DNA of 64,000 nucleotides from contig OZ024741.1 in NCBI GenBank assembly GCA_964016885.1, forward strand, positions 226,424,001 to 226,488,000. Reading direction: 5' to 3'. This stretch comes from Eledone cirrhosa. Taxonomy: Eukaryota. Below, one piece after another: positions 42,960 to 56,760 of the stretch (its first letter is position 1; every line of letters starts with the position of its first letter). Both the position numbers and the translations under genes were made by a program. The notes beneath the pieces are model-generated. The model made no database searches. It was not told the DNA's origin and was given only the letters and a program-made list of their open reading frames with translations.

Positions 42960-43126
42960 TGAGTGAGAGAGAGAGAGGAAGGAGAACTCGATGAATGGAG
43001 AGATGCAGAGTGGGTATAGAGGTATGTACAATCGACACAAGTCGAAACCACTTAGCGCTGCGGTCGGGATTTTATATAACTCTCTCTTTACACATACATA
43101 TACATACATATATATATATATATATG

Positions 43127-43195
<69 letters not shown>

Positions 43196-43732
43196 GTATG
43201 TATGGACGTATTATTTTTATCTAATGACATTTTTTCTAATCCCAATCCGCCCTTCCCTTCAATCTATCTTATTTCTCATTCTTTCAAGCCTTTAACTATG
43301 AATTTTGAAGTTGATGACTGACTACACCTACAATGTTTCAACAGAAGCAAGGTAAAGCAACTTATAGCACTGTTTCTCTCTGGTTGCCCGTTGTCAAGGT
43401 CACGTATCTACTTCCTTGGGTCTTACTAGAAGTCAAATAATCCGAAAACATATAAAATTTTCACTTATGTATATGGGCTGATTAGGCTCACTTGCATATG
43501 GACCAAAAAAAAGCTGTGTTGAATCGATATCCTAATTCTAATTCTTATTCAGTCTGAGCCGGCCTAAGCTCCGTACGCAAATGGGGCTAATTAGCTCATA
43601 TACATACATACATACATACATACGTACATACATACATACATACATACATACATACGTACATACATACATACATACATACATACATACATACATACATACG
43701 TACATACATACATACATACATACATACATACA

Positions 43733-44343
43733 TGGTGGCTGCCAACTCGTTTTCGAGTACGGCCACTACTTTATATCCATGTAGGAGAACCCCTACCGAT
43801 GCGCTGAACGAGTGTGACTTTTTAGTCCAGCCAGCGGCGACTTGAAAACTCTGGTACAAACACTACACCTGTAACAATTATTGACACATAGTGCTAGGCC
43901 CATGGTACCATGTGACGACAAGTGCAGAGAGATCTCCAGATATAAAGCAATGCCTGTGCCGTGAAGCTTTTATAGTGAGCAAAGGCACTGCACAAAGCCA
44001 GTCCTACTCTCTTAACCAAGATAATATTTACCAAAAAGAAGAACAAGTCAACATCATTGGATACCATCAGGGTTGCAGGTGTTATATCAGAGTTTTCCTT
44101 CTCCTAGAATTCTGCCTTGACAAAGGCTAAGGGGTCATCTCTCCCGGTAATTTTGGATGGCCATTGACTCTAAAGAGCTCCTTTGCACTTTGACAGGTTT
44201 TGTTTTTAGTCCTGCAGGATGTCGAAAGTCACCCTCCTCACCAAGAAACCTTGGTGGGGTTGCCAGTTTAGTCGCCAACGACCCGACCGTGAGACAGGTT
44301 GTACTGGGATACATGTTACCAGTAGCACCAACTGGTGACCTGA
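43733..44343 (-). mobile_element. RTE-derived bipartite element R3, copy 2
   Basis: Reverse-complement match to 41787-42390 over its full length; embedded in (TATG)n on both sides. Confidence 0.85.
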
Positions 44344-44455
44344 CATACATACATACATACATACATACATACATACATACATACATACATACATACATAC
44401 ATACATACCTACATATATATATACATATATATGTGTGCGTGTGTATGTGTGTGTG

Positions 44456-44490
<35 letters not shown>

Positions 44491-45202
44491 ATGTGTGTGT
44501 AGGAACACACAAACACATATATAGATAAAATGTTAGTACTCTTTTTGGCACCTTTTAAACAAACAGTTTATGAGTGCGTGTGTGTTTGAGTGAGAAAAAT
44601 AATTGTAAGATAGATATTTAGAATGCAAGAGAGAGAAAAGGAGATGGTGAAATACACTAAATAGAAGAAAGAAAAGAGATAAAATCCTGGTGTAGAAAGG
44701 GTTCACGGCCTATTACGTATTGGGGTCGTAGTCGCTGCAGATAATAATAGTTTTATTATATAGAAACTACGTAATATGACAGCTGCAGCTTGATAACATC
44801 TGTCTTCACCATTTGGTGGCTGTTACGGTCCTGTTTGGTTTGCCGAGTTTGGGAATGTAGGTGAACTGAATTCGGTTTGTTGAATTTGGGGAGAGTCACG
44901 GACTGGTGAAGCAGGAGTCATAGGAGAAGATTGTCGTTCGGCTAAGTGATTTGTGGACTGATTGTGGCAATAACAGTCTTGGTTACGTTTATATGTACAT
45001 AAATTATAAACATGTCTTCTATTGTATTCTCGCGTTCCCTTTTATAGTTATGTGAATATAAGCACAGGCATTGAATTGGCAGTCTTTCGAAACTCTGATA
45101 TAATATCTTGCGGCAATCCTTCAGGCTCTCTGAGTTCATACCCTATCTAAGTTAACTTTGCTTCTCATCTCTCCGGGGTCGATAAAAAGTATAACTTTTC
45201 AT

Positions 45203-45269
<67 letters not shown>

Positions 45270-45331
45270 TCCCTCTCTCACTCTCTCTCTACCTCTCTCT
45301 ACCTCTCTCTCTCTCTTTATCTATCTATCTA

Positions 45332-45371
<40 letters not shown>

Positions 45372-45397
45372 TCTCACTCTCTCTCTACCTCTCTCTA

Positions 45398-45542
<145 letters not shown>

Positions 45543-45818
45543 TTCCTCTATATCTCTTTCTGACTTCTTTTTTCCTCCCTACTTCTTTCAAAGAAATTGG
45601 CTGTGTTCAGACATCGAGAGGGGATAGACTTGGCCAGTATTAAAGTGTCCATGGCTGTATTCCATGACGGCTCCCCTACGATTAAGAGTTACAGACTCAT
45701 ACATACATAAAAACATACACGCAGATATATACGTATAACTGTAAATGAAATTCAGTAGATATACACAAAGAAACACATGAGCACACGAACATAAAAACTA
45801 ATCATTATGTAAGTAGAT

Positions 45819-46008
45819 AGGGCGGTGAATTGGCAGTATCGGTAGATGGTTGGACGCCATGCTTTCTAGCATAGTTACGTCCCTTTACAGTCTGAGTTCA
45901 AATCCCGCCGAGGTTAACTTTGCCTTTCATCCTTACGAGGTCGATAAAATAAAGTACCAGTAATGTACTGGGTAATTGCTGGCCTTGTGCCTAAAGTAGA
46001 AACAATTA
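45819..46008 (+). mobile_element. Full-length family N SINE with 14-bp TSD
   Basis: TSD ATTATGTAAGTAGA at 45804-45817 and 46005-46018. Confidence 0.9.
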
Positions 46009-46063
46009 TGTAAGTAGACAACTAGACTTACTGATAAATATGGAGAGCAACAGACATGAAGAT

Positions 46064-46509
46064 ACTAGACCTGAAAAATGCGCAAGCTCAAAAGAGCCAC
46101 AGAATGTTATAATAAACCTTCAAAAGTGTGGGACTAGAGTTGTTGCTCAAAAATATTGTAATCATTATCTATCGTACACTCTGTGGCATCCTTTTATAAA
46201 AAAAGAGAATCATAACGAACTCAAGACGACACGATAATTATTTAAGCTAATGTTCAATATCTCATATTAGATGTTTAGTAATGATTAATACGAAATGTAC
46301 TTAAACCGAATTCTATATTATAAATTCACTTAAATAATTATCGTGTCGTCTTGAGTTCGTTATAAGTCTCTTTTTTGTAAAAGGATGCCACAGAGTGTAC
46401 GATAGATAATAATTACAATATTTTTGAGCAACAACTCTAGTCCCACACTTTTGAAAGTTTATTATAACATTCTGTGGCTCTTTTGAGCTTGCGCATTTTC
46501 AGGTCTAGT
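46064..46509. repeat. Inverted repeat, ~182-bp arms and ~82-bp spacer
   Basis: 46064-46246 is the reverse complement of 46329-46509. Confidence 0.9.
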
Positions 46510-47241
46510 TTAATATCTTTTTAAGGCAACGCTTGTAATAACTCTAGTTAAACATGATATATATTAATAATAAATTATAGTTGTAATGTAATTAGATTAT
46601 ATAATTGTTATTTTATAAATGATCTTATAAATATTATTGTAAGATGTATAAAAATATTTTCAGACTTTTAATATAAACAACTACAAAAAAACAATCAATA
46701 TTAAATAAATATATTTTACATAATAATTGTTATAGTTGAATTAATAAAAATTAAATATTACATACAAATAGTCTAACATAATAAAAAAAAAAATCTAACA
46801 TAATAATAAAATAATCTAACATAAAACGAACAATAATATGGACAAATATACAAGTAAATATGATACAACCAATATTATAAGCATGTTATAACGAACTGAA
46901 AAAAAAAATAGTTAACATAAATTTTAAAAATCATATATAAATTAACAATAAAACTTACCAAAACAAGAAAAATATTTTGATGATAAACGACGAAATACAG
47001 GAGGAAGATAAATAAACGTGCAAACAAAATGGCGGATGCTTTTGAGCAACAATTACTCTCGTTGGTTGATTAGCAAAACATTTTGGCAGGGATCACCACG
47101 GCCAGCGATACCCCTTGAATTTTTTATTCACAAGCTACGCATATATGTCAGACATGCAGACTTAAAACATTCGTGTCTAACAGATATATATATATATATA
47201 AATTATTTTTAATATTCGAAAAACTCAGATTACATTTATTA

Positions 47242-47377
<136 letters not shown>

Positions 47378-47496
47378 TGTGTGTGTGTGTGTGTGAGTGT
47401 GAGTGTGCGTCTGTGTGTGTGCATGTGTGTGTATGTGTGTATATATATATATATAGTTGTTTCTACTTTAGGCACAAGGCCAGCAATTACCCAGTG

Positions 47497-47672
47497 CATT
47501 GTGTGTGTGTCTGTCAGTAATTATTTATCTGCCTATTTTTCTGTCACTCTGTCTATCTATCTATCTATCTCTCCCTATATATATATATATATAGGGAGAG
47601 ATAGATAGATAGATAGACAGATTGACAGAAAAATAGGCAGATAAATAATTACGGACAGACACACAGACAATG
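47497..47672. repeat. Palindrome centred on a (TA)n tract
   Basis: CATTG..GTAATTATTTATCTGCCTATTTTTCTGTCA..CTCCC(TA)nGGGAG..TGACAGAAAAATAGGCAGATAAATAATTAC..CAATG. Confidence 0.9.
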
Positions 47673-49015
47673 TTATCACCAAAAGAAACGCCCACAAATT
47701 ATTGTTTACCACAATATTAGCTGCATGTGATCATTATTTCTTTGTTACTATAGCTCAATATATATGTGCGCATGAGTGTGTGTGCATTCATGTATTTGTG
47801 TATGTGTGAAACGTGTGTGTTTATGTAACATTTGTCCTTATTTCTGTGTGAGTATACGTATGTGTGTGCTTACCCGTGTGTGTGTTTAAGTAATATGTGT
47901 GTTTATCTGTGTGTGAGTATACGTGTGTGTGTGTGTGTATGTTTACCCGTGTGTGTGTATGTGTGTCTATTTTCAAATGGGTGTGTGTGCCTAAGCGTGT
48001 CTGTGGTGTGTGTGTTTGTGTGTGTGCATATGTGTGTCTGCGTAATATGTGTGGTTAAAGCTGATGTGTATATGTGCATAAGTGTGTGTCTATGTAACAT
48101 GTTTGATATATGTGTTGTGTGTTGTGTGTTGTGTGTACAAGTCTCAGTTTGTGGTTATTCATAATTTTAATAATTCTTGGCCACCCATCCATTAAATTGG
48201 TCACACATCGTTATTAAATCCGACAAAACTTTCTCTTCTATTAAAGATTGAACCTATAAGAAAATAATTTATCAAAATATAGGAAAATATAGGAGAAACA
48301 ACCTTATATATATTAATAACTTTTTAATGTAATGTAGAAAATATTTGTCTAGAATCTAGACTCTAGATGGACATAAAGAGCAAGAAGAGGTCAAGCACTG
48401 TATTGAGCAAACGATCTTCATATATATATATATAATTCGACTTCGGTATTGAGTACTTTTTTCTTGTCCGTCAATCACGCACACACATACACACACACAC
48501 ACTCTCTCTCTCTCCCTCTCTCTCTCTATCTCTCCCCATTCTCTATCTCTCCCCTCTCTCTCCCCTCTCTCTCTCTCTATCTCACACATAAATATAATTT
48601 AAATAGAAGGAAAAAAACAAATAATTATTCGTAGCTGAAGACCTATGTTTTTCGGCCCTAAAAATAGAAAGCCTCCACCCCAATTACTATCGCAGAACTG
48701 GGCCCTAAATGAGTCTTGAATTACGGAAATTAGGACTCGAAACGAAGGACAGGCGAATGCACAAGCATTGTATGTGTGTATGTTTGAGTAGGGACCCTCG
48801 TGTGTATATAAGACGAACAGACAGCTGCATCGCTACCTTTTTAGCCACCTTGCTCCTATGCAATTTTGGGTATTAATGTGATGTTACATTTGTAACGCCA
48901 CTTTGCGTAACAGGTTTGAGGACAGCTCTGTTGATAAGATGCATGTGAGAAGATGTGTGCGGTTCCCCAGCATGGCCTCAGCCCGTCGGCTGGAACACGC
49001 AATAGAGTAATAGAG

Positions 49016-49089
<74 letters not shown>

Positions 49090-49095
<6 letters not shown>

Positions 49096-51105
49096 GAAGC
49101 AGAACATTGCTTTTTGTGATCCAGTTCGTGGTTAAGAAAGCCAGTTTCATGGATGGTTTCAACGTACGGTTAGGGGTAACTCCACAAGTTTGTAAGAATT
49201 CCTTTCAATCTTGGAGTATAAAGTATAAAAGAGAAAACACAGGTAAGCATTAAGAGAAGGGTTTTATCCAGGTATTTACGACCGTTTCATTGGTAAGTGC
49301 AACCTTATATTGCTATACTGCAAATAGCAACCACTCAATTATAATTGTTGTTCACAGTACAAATTTTCAAAATAGTGAGTAAGTTACTCTTGAAATAATT
49401 CTTAATATATAGAGAAAAACATTTATTTGGAATTGTATTTACTAGTATAGAGAGAGAGGAATCAGAAGGTGAGGGGACAAACGGAATAGTATAGAGAGAG
49501 AGGAAGCGGGAAGAGGTAGGAAGTAGAGTGACAAACTGAGATGGAGGGAGGGGTAGAGGTGGAAGGATTCCTTGATCAGTTTTGATATGTAGACTTCATG
49601 TCGTGGAATGTAGTGAGTTAAAGAGAATTAAATTGATCATAGTGGGAGGGATGGATAGAGAGAGAGAGAGAGTGAGGGGGGAGATATAAAGAGATAAATA
49701 TATATATAAAAAATAAAGATAAAGATAATAATGACAAAAATAAAAGCAAAGAAGGGGGGATAAAGAAGAAAAGAAAAGATAGCTAAGAAGGGGAGGGAAT
49801 GAAGGAAGAAAACGAAGAAATAGAAGAGGAATGAAGGAGAGGGGGAGGGGGTATAGGTATTGGTTTTTGCGGGTAATTAAAAGGGTTTAGATGCAACAAG
49901 AGGGTATAAAGTCTAAGCATATGTAGTTTGTCAGTTGGTAGTAAGAGGTTCAGGGTTCGATTTGCACTTGTAGTGTGAACACTTCTCTTTGAGTCTATGG
50001 TTACAATAAATTGATCTTTCGATTATATTGTTGAGTAACTTATTCTTCGAACTCAAGATGTGGAACAGCTCAAGGTCGCATAATCGACAGCTTCTCATAC
50101 CACTCCGATATGGGGGCTCGTGCGATAATTTTTTCCACTTCAGGGTGTATTGATGGTTACTTTCCCTCAGTTGCCAGGTCTTGTTTGCAAGGGTAGTTAC
50201 ATAACGATGCTGAGAATGTTCATTGGGAAACGGTGTGTATACCAACGGGATTTAAATGTATTCCCAGTCGCTCCGATGTAATACCATTTCTGGTTGTCTG
50301 ATTCCACTGTGCATTGGTAAACCAGGTTAGACTGCATACATTCATTATGTAATGGACAGGTTTCAGGTAGGTGGCAGTTACAATTCTTGTCATGGGCAAC
50401 TTTGGCATTATTAGTGGGCTGCGATGCCTGTACAAGTGTCTTACGTTTTGTTTGCCTATTAGCGGGTGGTTGTGTATTAGATAATATGTTGTGTTCAATG
50501 CTGATTGTATTGTTATTGTTGTAAATTTGTGTTTTGGTGTTGTTATGTATTTTTAGCGTTAAGCCACTATATTTGGTGCCGTGGAGTAAGATAGTCTAAT
50601 AGTTTAGTGTTAAGGATTTTGCTGTATCTATGTGAATCTGCAATTTTGCAATAATAACAAACATACTGAATTCATCCGCCAAAACTAAGGGTTGACCCCC
50701 TTGTCGATCCCCACGTGGGTTTTGATAACGGTCAGTCCTTCGCTTGGCACTTGAACTAAAAGCCTGTTGAGAAAGTGACTTCCTTGTTCGATAATCTTAC
50801 CAAAAGCTTAACATTATTTATCTAAGCAGACAGTAGTTGATTTAGGAGTTGCAGAAACGCAAATTCTGGATTTTACCAACCTTCCAGGGGTCCGGGTATA
50901 ATTTTCAATCATATTTTATTTGTTTGACCCGAATTACTTAGTCGTTTCTATGGCTGTGCGGATAATGGTTTAACCATCGTCTCAGTATGTTTGGCCTTTT
51001 AACTTATGTTGTAGCTCTAGTTCTATGGAGCGCTTGCCACACATCTCGGAAGATGTTTTTCGCTAATTTCCAATAGCCGAAATACGATTCTCGCTAATTT
51101 ATATT
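49090..51105 (-). mobile_element. Decayed Penelope-like element D (GIY-YIG end only) with an inverted pLTR-like segment
   Basis: Minus-strand frames give IRLSYSTAPNI, NCNCHLPETCPL..LVYQCTV..YIGAT..FKSRW..H and CRLCDLE..CNHR. 50920-51103 is homologous to the repeat at 30604. Confidence 0.75.
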
Positions 51106-51126
51106 TGTATATATATATATATATAT

Positions 51127-51373
51127 AACAAAGGAAATGTGGTAAGGAACCAGGTGGACCATAACGTACCAAAGTACTCAATACTTGAGGTAGTAGAGTG
51201 GGTAATAGGAACCAGTAAGACCCCGACAGCTGAGCTCAAGCCGTTTCGACGGTGGACCATAACGCACCAAAGTACTCAATACTTGAGGTAGTAGAGTGGG
51301 TAATAGAGTGGGTAATAGGAACCAGTAAGACCCCGACAGCTGAGCTCAAGCCGTTTCGACGGCTAATTCTTTT

Positions 51374-51377
<4 letters not shown>
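51127..51377. repeat. Short repeat family with an internal ~110-bp tandem duplication; second copy, with inversion, at 63124-63276
   Basis: AAGGAAATGTGGTAAGGAACCAGGTGGACCATAACG..AAGTACTCAATACTT..GGTAGTAGAGTGGGTAATAGGAAC at both loci; both flanked by (TA)n. Confidence 0.8.
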
Positions 51378-51414
<37 letters not shown>

Positions 51415-51415
<1 letters not shown>

Positions 51416-51696
51416 AAAAGAAATCAAAAATGCAACAGAAGTCTTTTTAAGAATATTTATTTATTTTATGCTTTTCGAAAGTAGAATTGAGATGGAGGGT
51501 TTGTGGTTTGTCTCGCTAGAAAAACCACAAACCCTCCATCTTAATTCTACTTTTGAGAAGCATAAGAACTGTGAAACCGGGTAAAGGAAATAAATAGTCT
51601 TTAAAAGACTCCTGTTTCATTTTCGATCTCTCTTCCTTACACTTTCACCCGTGTAGCACATCTGTTTTTTTTTTATTAAAAAAAAAATCATTTCTT

Positions 51697-51700
<4 letters not shown>
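51415..51700 (+). mobile_element. Repeat family U copy with inverted 5' part; U3:A8 hammerhead-like motif at 51550-51586
   Basis: CTT-TTGAGAA-GCAT(AAGAA)CTGT-GAAA-CCGGG-TA-AAG. 51475-51510 is inverted relative to 51523-51562. Confidence 0.7.
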
Positions 51701-51747
<47 letters not shown>

Positions 51748-52277
51748 CTAGAAATTGATTAACATATATATAAACATGAATAATCACGGGAGATAATTTT
51801 TACAAGTGTGTAACCACACATAGCTAGGTAGGTAACTAAATAAAGTTGACTATAACTTCAAAAATAGATACCTTATAATATATGATTAATCTTCCCTGTA
51901 TAAAGAAATATATTTCACCAATTAATCAGATGGTAAACCACGGAAGTGGAGATTTTGGATTTTCAACAAGGAAGAAAATTTCCAGCAATCCATGTTTACA
52001 CTACAAGTTCAAATCTGCAACTGGCTAATACCACGTGTTGTATTTACTACACTCATCATAGTAGCTTCGTCCCTGTGGCGTGAATAGGGTTATCGACAAC
52101 TAGAAACAGCAGTCGATTCCTTTCAACAGAGTTAGCTCTACAATTAAGGAGCCGTATTTATATATCTATATCCATGCCTTTCTGGCATGACACCCATAAT
52201 TATGATTTCGATATAGATATATATATATATATATCAAAATGAAAATCCGAAGGCAAGATAAAATTCCAATCATTTAA

Positions 52278-52351
52278 TCACGACACATGTTTCAATAAGA
52301 GATAGATCGATTGTGAAGCCACGATCGATTATCACTGATCTCATCAGGTGA
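52278..52351 (-). ncRNA. Type I hammerhead ribozyme with long stem II
   Basis: TCAC-CTGATGA-GATCAGTGATA ATCGATCGTG(GCTT)CACAATCGAT CTATCTCTTATT-GAAAC-ATGT-GTC-GTGA. Confidence 0.7.
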
Positions 52352-52865
52352 AAATGAATTGTCTTCAAATTCTTGATATGAGGGAGAAAAAAAAAATAAC
52401 GATGTTTCCTCACATAATTCATTCCCTCATATGGAGACACACCAGTCAGTCAGAGATAAGGCGACTGCTATTAGCTTAAATTGAGGTCATAAAAGTTTTC
52501 AGACTTCTATCGCTGCAAAAGACGCTGGACATCGAACAAATCCGTAGGGATGCAGTCAGTCACAGTTAGAAGTGAGTGGGTACACACACACCCCACACCC
52601 GTAGAAACAAACAAAGACATACAGTATGAAATATATTTATCAGAACGTGAATGATGCAGTGGTTTGTCGAGAGAAGCCTGTTGACTCTGCCTACTATAGT
52701 CAGAAATACTTGAACATCAATCATTTTATCGAGAAGATAAGAATGTGAATATCTAAAGCTATTCATGATAGATGTGGAAGTGTTAGTTACAAAATACTGA
52801 GGATTCGTAGGAAAGTATTATTGAGTCATCAAGTATGAAATTTGGAGAAATCTGTAGAAATTTGT

Positions 52866-53372
52866 AGATTGGCAGTATCGGTAGAGGATCTGAAACCATG
52901 CATAGAGTTACGTCCCTTTGCGGTATGAGTTCAAATCCCGCCGAGGTTAACTTTGCCTTTCATCTTTACGGGGCCAATAAAATAAAGTATCAGTAATGCA
53001 TTGTGCCAAAATAGAAACAATTATTAGTCAAGGAGGTCCATTGGCAGTATCGGTAGCGTGTCGGATAGAATGCTTTGCGACATTCAGTTCTAATCCAGCC
53101 GAGGTCAACTTTGCTTTTCATCTTTTTTAGTTCGATAAGATAAAGTACCAGTCAAGTACTGGGGAACAATATAATCGACTTTCTCTTCCCCTAAAATTGC
53201 TTGCGATGTAGCAAAATTATAAATCTTTCAGGGTAGTTTATTAGCAGAATCGTTAAAGTGATGGCCGAATGCTTAGGAGAGTTTGTTTTCGCTGTTTACG
53301 TGCTGAGTTCAAATCTCGCTCTTACTAACTTTGCCATTCGTCCTTCCGATTCGAATAGAATAAAGTAGCAGG
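52866..53372 (+). mobile_element. Cluster of three head-to-tail family N SINEs
   Basis: Three TTGGCAG/TTAGCAG..TTCAAATC..AACTTTGC..ATAAAGTA blocks of increasing divergence. Confidence 0.8.
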
Positions 53373-53649
53373 TTTTAACTCCAAAGAAACCCCTTTTGTC
53401 ACCAGGAAATATAAAATAGTTGAAAAGTTCATTGCTATAGCAGTAAATTCTTACATGCATTAATTTCAACTGAGAGACAAATGTAAATGTTCAAATGCAG
53501 TTGACGTCACAACAGATATGACAACAAACCTGGAACCCTACTATAACATCTTCATAATACATACAGGGATGGCAAACACAAGGTTCTAAAACCTTCGCTA
53601 AGTACAAACCACTACCTATCTACGGACAACTGACGCTGCACACCAGGTC

Positions 53650-53910
53650 CGAACACAGAAGAGCCTAACTCCCACTGTCATCGCCTCCATCTCTCTCGCC
53701 CTCCGCATCTCTCTCTATTATGAGCAAATGGGGTCCCACGTGCTGGCCGCCTCAAGGTCCCGGCGAACAGAATGGAGAAGGCGTTTCCTCGGAGGATGGT
53801 AAGGAAGATGCGCTGGAAGAACCATTCCATCTCGCGATGCTCACACCTGCGGCTAACCAGCTCAGTACCTATTGTGGTAAGTAACGAAGTAGCCCTGGGG
53901 CCAAGGCCAC
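53650..53910 (-). mobile_element. 3' remnant of a CRE-type RLE non-LTR element
   Basis: GLGPRATSLLTTIG..EMEWFFQRIFLTILRGNAFSIL matches the CRE-clade C-terminal signature (G.GP.A..QR.S..IQRGNA). Confidence 0.65.
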
Positions 53911-54572
53911 AAAAGTTTTTGATAAATTTATTGTATTGCATTTATGACTTTGTTGTGTGACTTAGTTTACTAGTCTCCTGTACACTCGCTATTGATTACT
54001 GATTGTTTCATTCTGTAGATATCTTTGTGTAGTGCTTCGTTTGTGGATAAGTATCTAAATGTTATTTTAAGTAGCGATTGTTTCACTGACATTTTCTGTG
54101 TCTGTTGGCATTCACCGTCTTCCTGTTAGCAGAGGTATTTCTTAATGTCTTTAGTTTAGGCGGACGTGACATATCTGTTACTTTTTATCCAATTGTTTAT
54201 GTCTAGAGCTGGATTAATTGTATCGCTAGGAGCTTTATTTACACTGACCTAGATACAGAATTTTAGTTTTCTTTCTTCTACTTTTTTTTTGTCGGAGATC
54301 AGGGAGTCACTTCGGGTAGAACCACTACTTTTCCGCATCGAAAGATCACAGCTTCGGCTTTACTGACATGTAGTTAGAATATGTAAGGAAAGTGCAACAT
54401 TTTACGAGCAAACCCATACAGAAAATTCAAACCAGAGATAGAGCACGATCAAGATAGAAGGATAGTACCCATAAACTCAGTTAGTCTCGCTTAGGGATCC
54501 AACTGGATCATTTGGACACGATTTCTTCTCATATGAGTGACTGGAAGGTGTGTCTCGTAACTTTGCCCTCGG

Positions 54573-55115
54573 GGAGGAGGAGGAGGAGGAGGAGGAGAAG
54601 AAGAAGAAGAAGAAGAAGAAGAAGAAGAAGAAGAAGAAGAAGAAGAAGAAGAAGAAGAAGAAGAAGAAGAAGAAGAAGAAGAAGAAGAAGAAGAAGAAGA
54701 AGAAGAAGAAGAAGAAGAAGAAGAAGAAGAAGAAGAAGAAGAAGAAGAAGATAGAAAGTCTGTAGAAATGTTGCCAATTTTAGTTAATAGCAAATTCTTC
54801 AAAATTTACATATATTGCTTAATCTAACATACATATAAAAATATAAATGCATGTGGTAGTACACATATTAATATTCATATAAATGTTATTTTGTTTTTAA
54901 CCTCGAAACCATGTGTTTTTATATTGCGTCGAACATATGTCAATGTGTCAGCAATGTGAAGAGGTTTGGTATTAGACAATTTTTGATTTCACATGTATGG
55001 TTGTGCCTGTAATTCTGTTGTTCTTCGAATTTTCCACGCTGCAATGAATTTGTTGACTGTCCTTGAGGTTTTACATCTTTCTATGATGAACAACGATAGA
55101 ATATGTCTCTCTCCC

Positions 55116-55200
<85 letters not shown>

Positions 55201-55343
55201 AAGAAGAAGAAGAAGAAGAAGAAGAAGAAGAAGAAGAAGAAGAAGAAGAAGAAGAAGAAGAAGAAGAAGAAGAAGAAGAAGAAGAAGAAGAAGAAGAAGA
55301 AGAAGAAGAAGAAGAAGAAGAAGAAGAAGAAGAAGAAGAAGAA
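54573..55343. repeat. Long (GGA)n(AAG)n and (AAT)n(AAG)n microsatellites
   Basis: 54573-54750 and 55121-55343. Confidence 0.95.
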
Positions 55344-56309
55344 GCAAAGCAGGTAAAAGTAACTGCAAAGAAAGAACTGCTACAGAAACTGGCTAAGAAA
55401 TGGCTCTGTATGGAAAATACCCAGAGCAAGCTAACAATCCTGATGTTGACAAAACTTTAACCCATCAGTGGTTGGCATCCTCTGGACTGAAATTGGAGAC
55501 TGAATGACTGATTATATCAGCACAAGATCAGTGTCTGCCAACAAAAAATTACCATGCCAACATAATAAAAAATGGGTGCAGCCCATTATGCCGTGTATTC
55601 AAAAAACAACCAGAGACCATTGACCATATAATTTCAATGTGCAGTCCTATAGTTCCAACCGAATACCTAAACAGGCATGACAGAGCTGCACAATACATAC
55701 ATTGGATAATGTGTAAGCATTTTGACCTGCCCCATCAAAAGAATTGGTGGGAGCATCAACCACCTCCCGTACTTGAAAAAGATCACATCTCAATCTTGTG
55801 GAACTTTAGCATCCAAACAGACCGAAAAATAGATGCAAACAGACCTGATATAATATTGAAAGACTTTCAAAAGAGGGTATGCCTGCTAATTGATATGTCT
55901 GTTCCAATAGACAAGAATGTATCTATAAAAACATTTGAAAAATTGATCAAGTATAAGGACCTGGAGATAGAAATTGGAAAAATGTGGAAATTGAGAACTA
56001 AAACAATACCAGTGGTTGTAGGCGCTCTGGGAATGATACCTAAGGGGTCTAATGATTACTTATCGCAAATCCCAGGAAACCCGCGTATAGGAGAAATACA
56101 AAAGATAGTACTAATGGGAACTGCCCATATACTAAGGAAGATTCTGTCAATATGAGTACATCACAAGTCTAAACACTAAAGATGCATGTGTGAATATGTA
56201 TGTTCTTTCTTGAACATGGCGGACTTTGTTGTCTCTTGAGGTCACTGGTTGTGACTTGGTGATAACTCGTATGAACATAAAGCAAGATAAATGCAACTGT
56301 AATAATAAT
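55344..56309 (+). mobile_element. 5'-truncated, decayed R4/Dong element, family B
   Basis: YGKYP..WL..SGLK.ETE..IISAQDQCL, ETIDHIISMC, YLNRHD, DRKIDANRPDII..LLIDMSVP..KYKDL..PVVVGALG..LMGTAHILRKILSI*. (TAA)n tail. Confidence 0.9.
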
Positions 56310-56550
56310 GATTTCTTTATTAACCACAAGGGTTTACATAAAGTAGACATTAAGGACAGTGCAGGACAATGCAGGACGGTACAAATGGGCATTTCTGCGT
56401 GTAAATGAAAGATGGGTGAGAGAAGCAAGAATGGCCCGAGTGAATGGGCCTACTCTGAGTATATATCTGTAAATTAAAGGTGGAAAAATGGGAGAGGGCA
56501 CTTGCCTTGGTGGTCAGGGTCATTGTGGCTTTTTACTGGGCTTTCTCCAC
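56310..56550. mobile_element. 5'-inverted (twin-primed) L1/Tx1-like 3' fragment with 21-bp TSD
   Basis: TSD AAATGCAACTGTAATAATAAT at 56289-56309 and 56551-56571. The left part read on minus ends in AATAAAGAAATC-ATTATT. The right part read on plus encodes an ORF end VNERWVREARMARVNGPTLSIYL* plus UTR. Confidence 0.6.
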
Positions 56551-56560
56551 AAATGCAACT

Positions 56561-56611
<51 letters not shown>

Positions 56612-56615
<4 letters not shown>

Positions 56616-56760
56616 GGCTCAAATATTCAAATATTCAACTTTGTATTGTACACTGTATATCCAAAAAAAAAAAAATAATAATAATAATACGGCTCAAATA
56701 TTCAAATATTCAACTTTGTATTGTACACTGTATATCCAAAAAAAAAAAAAATAAATAAAA
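56612..56760 (+). repeat. Tandem duplication of a ~75-bp unit ending in poly(A)-(TAA)n
   Basis: ACGGCTCAAATATTCAAATATTCAACTTTGTATTGTACACTGTATATCC-A(n) occurs twice. Confidence 0.85.

Noticed and set aside
48630-48750. Hammerhead-like CTGAAGA..GAAA and GAGTC/GACTC-GAAAC
   Set aside because: Incomplete cores and no stem I or III; may be decayed but not supportable.
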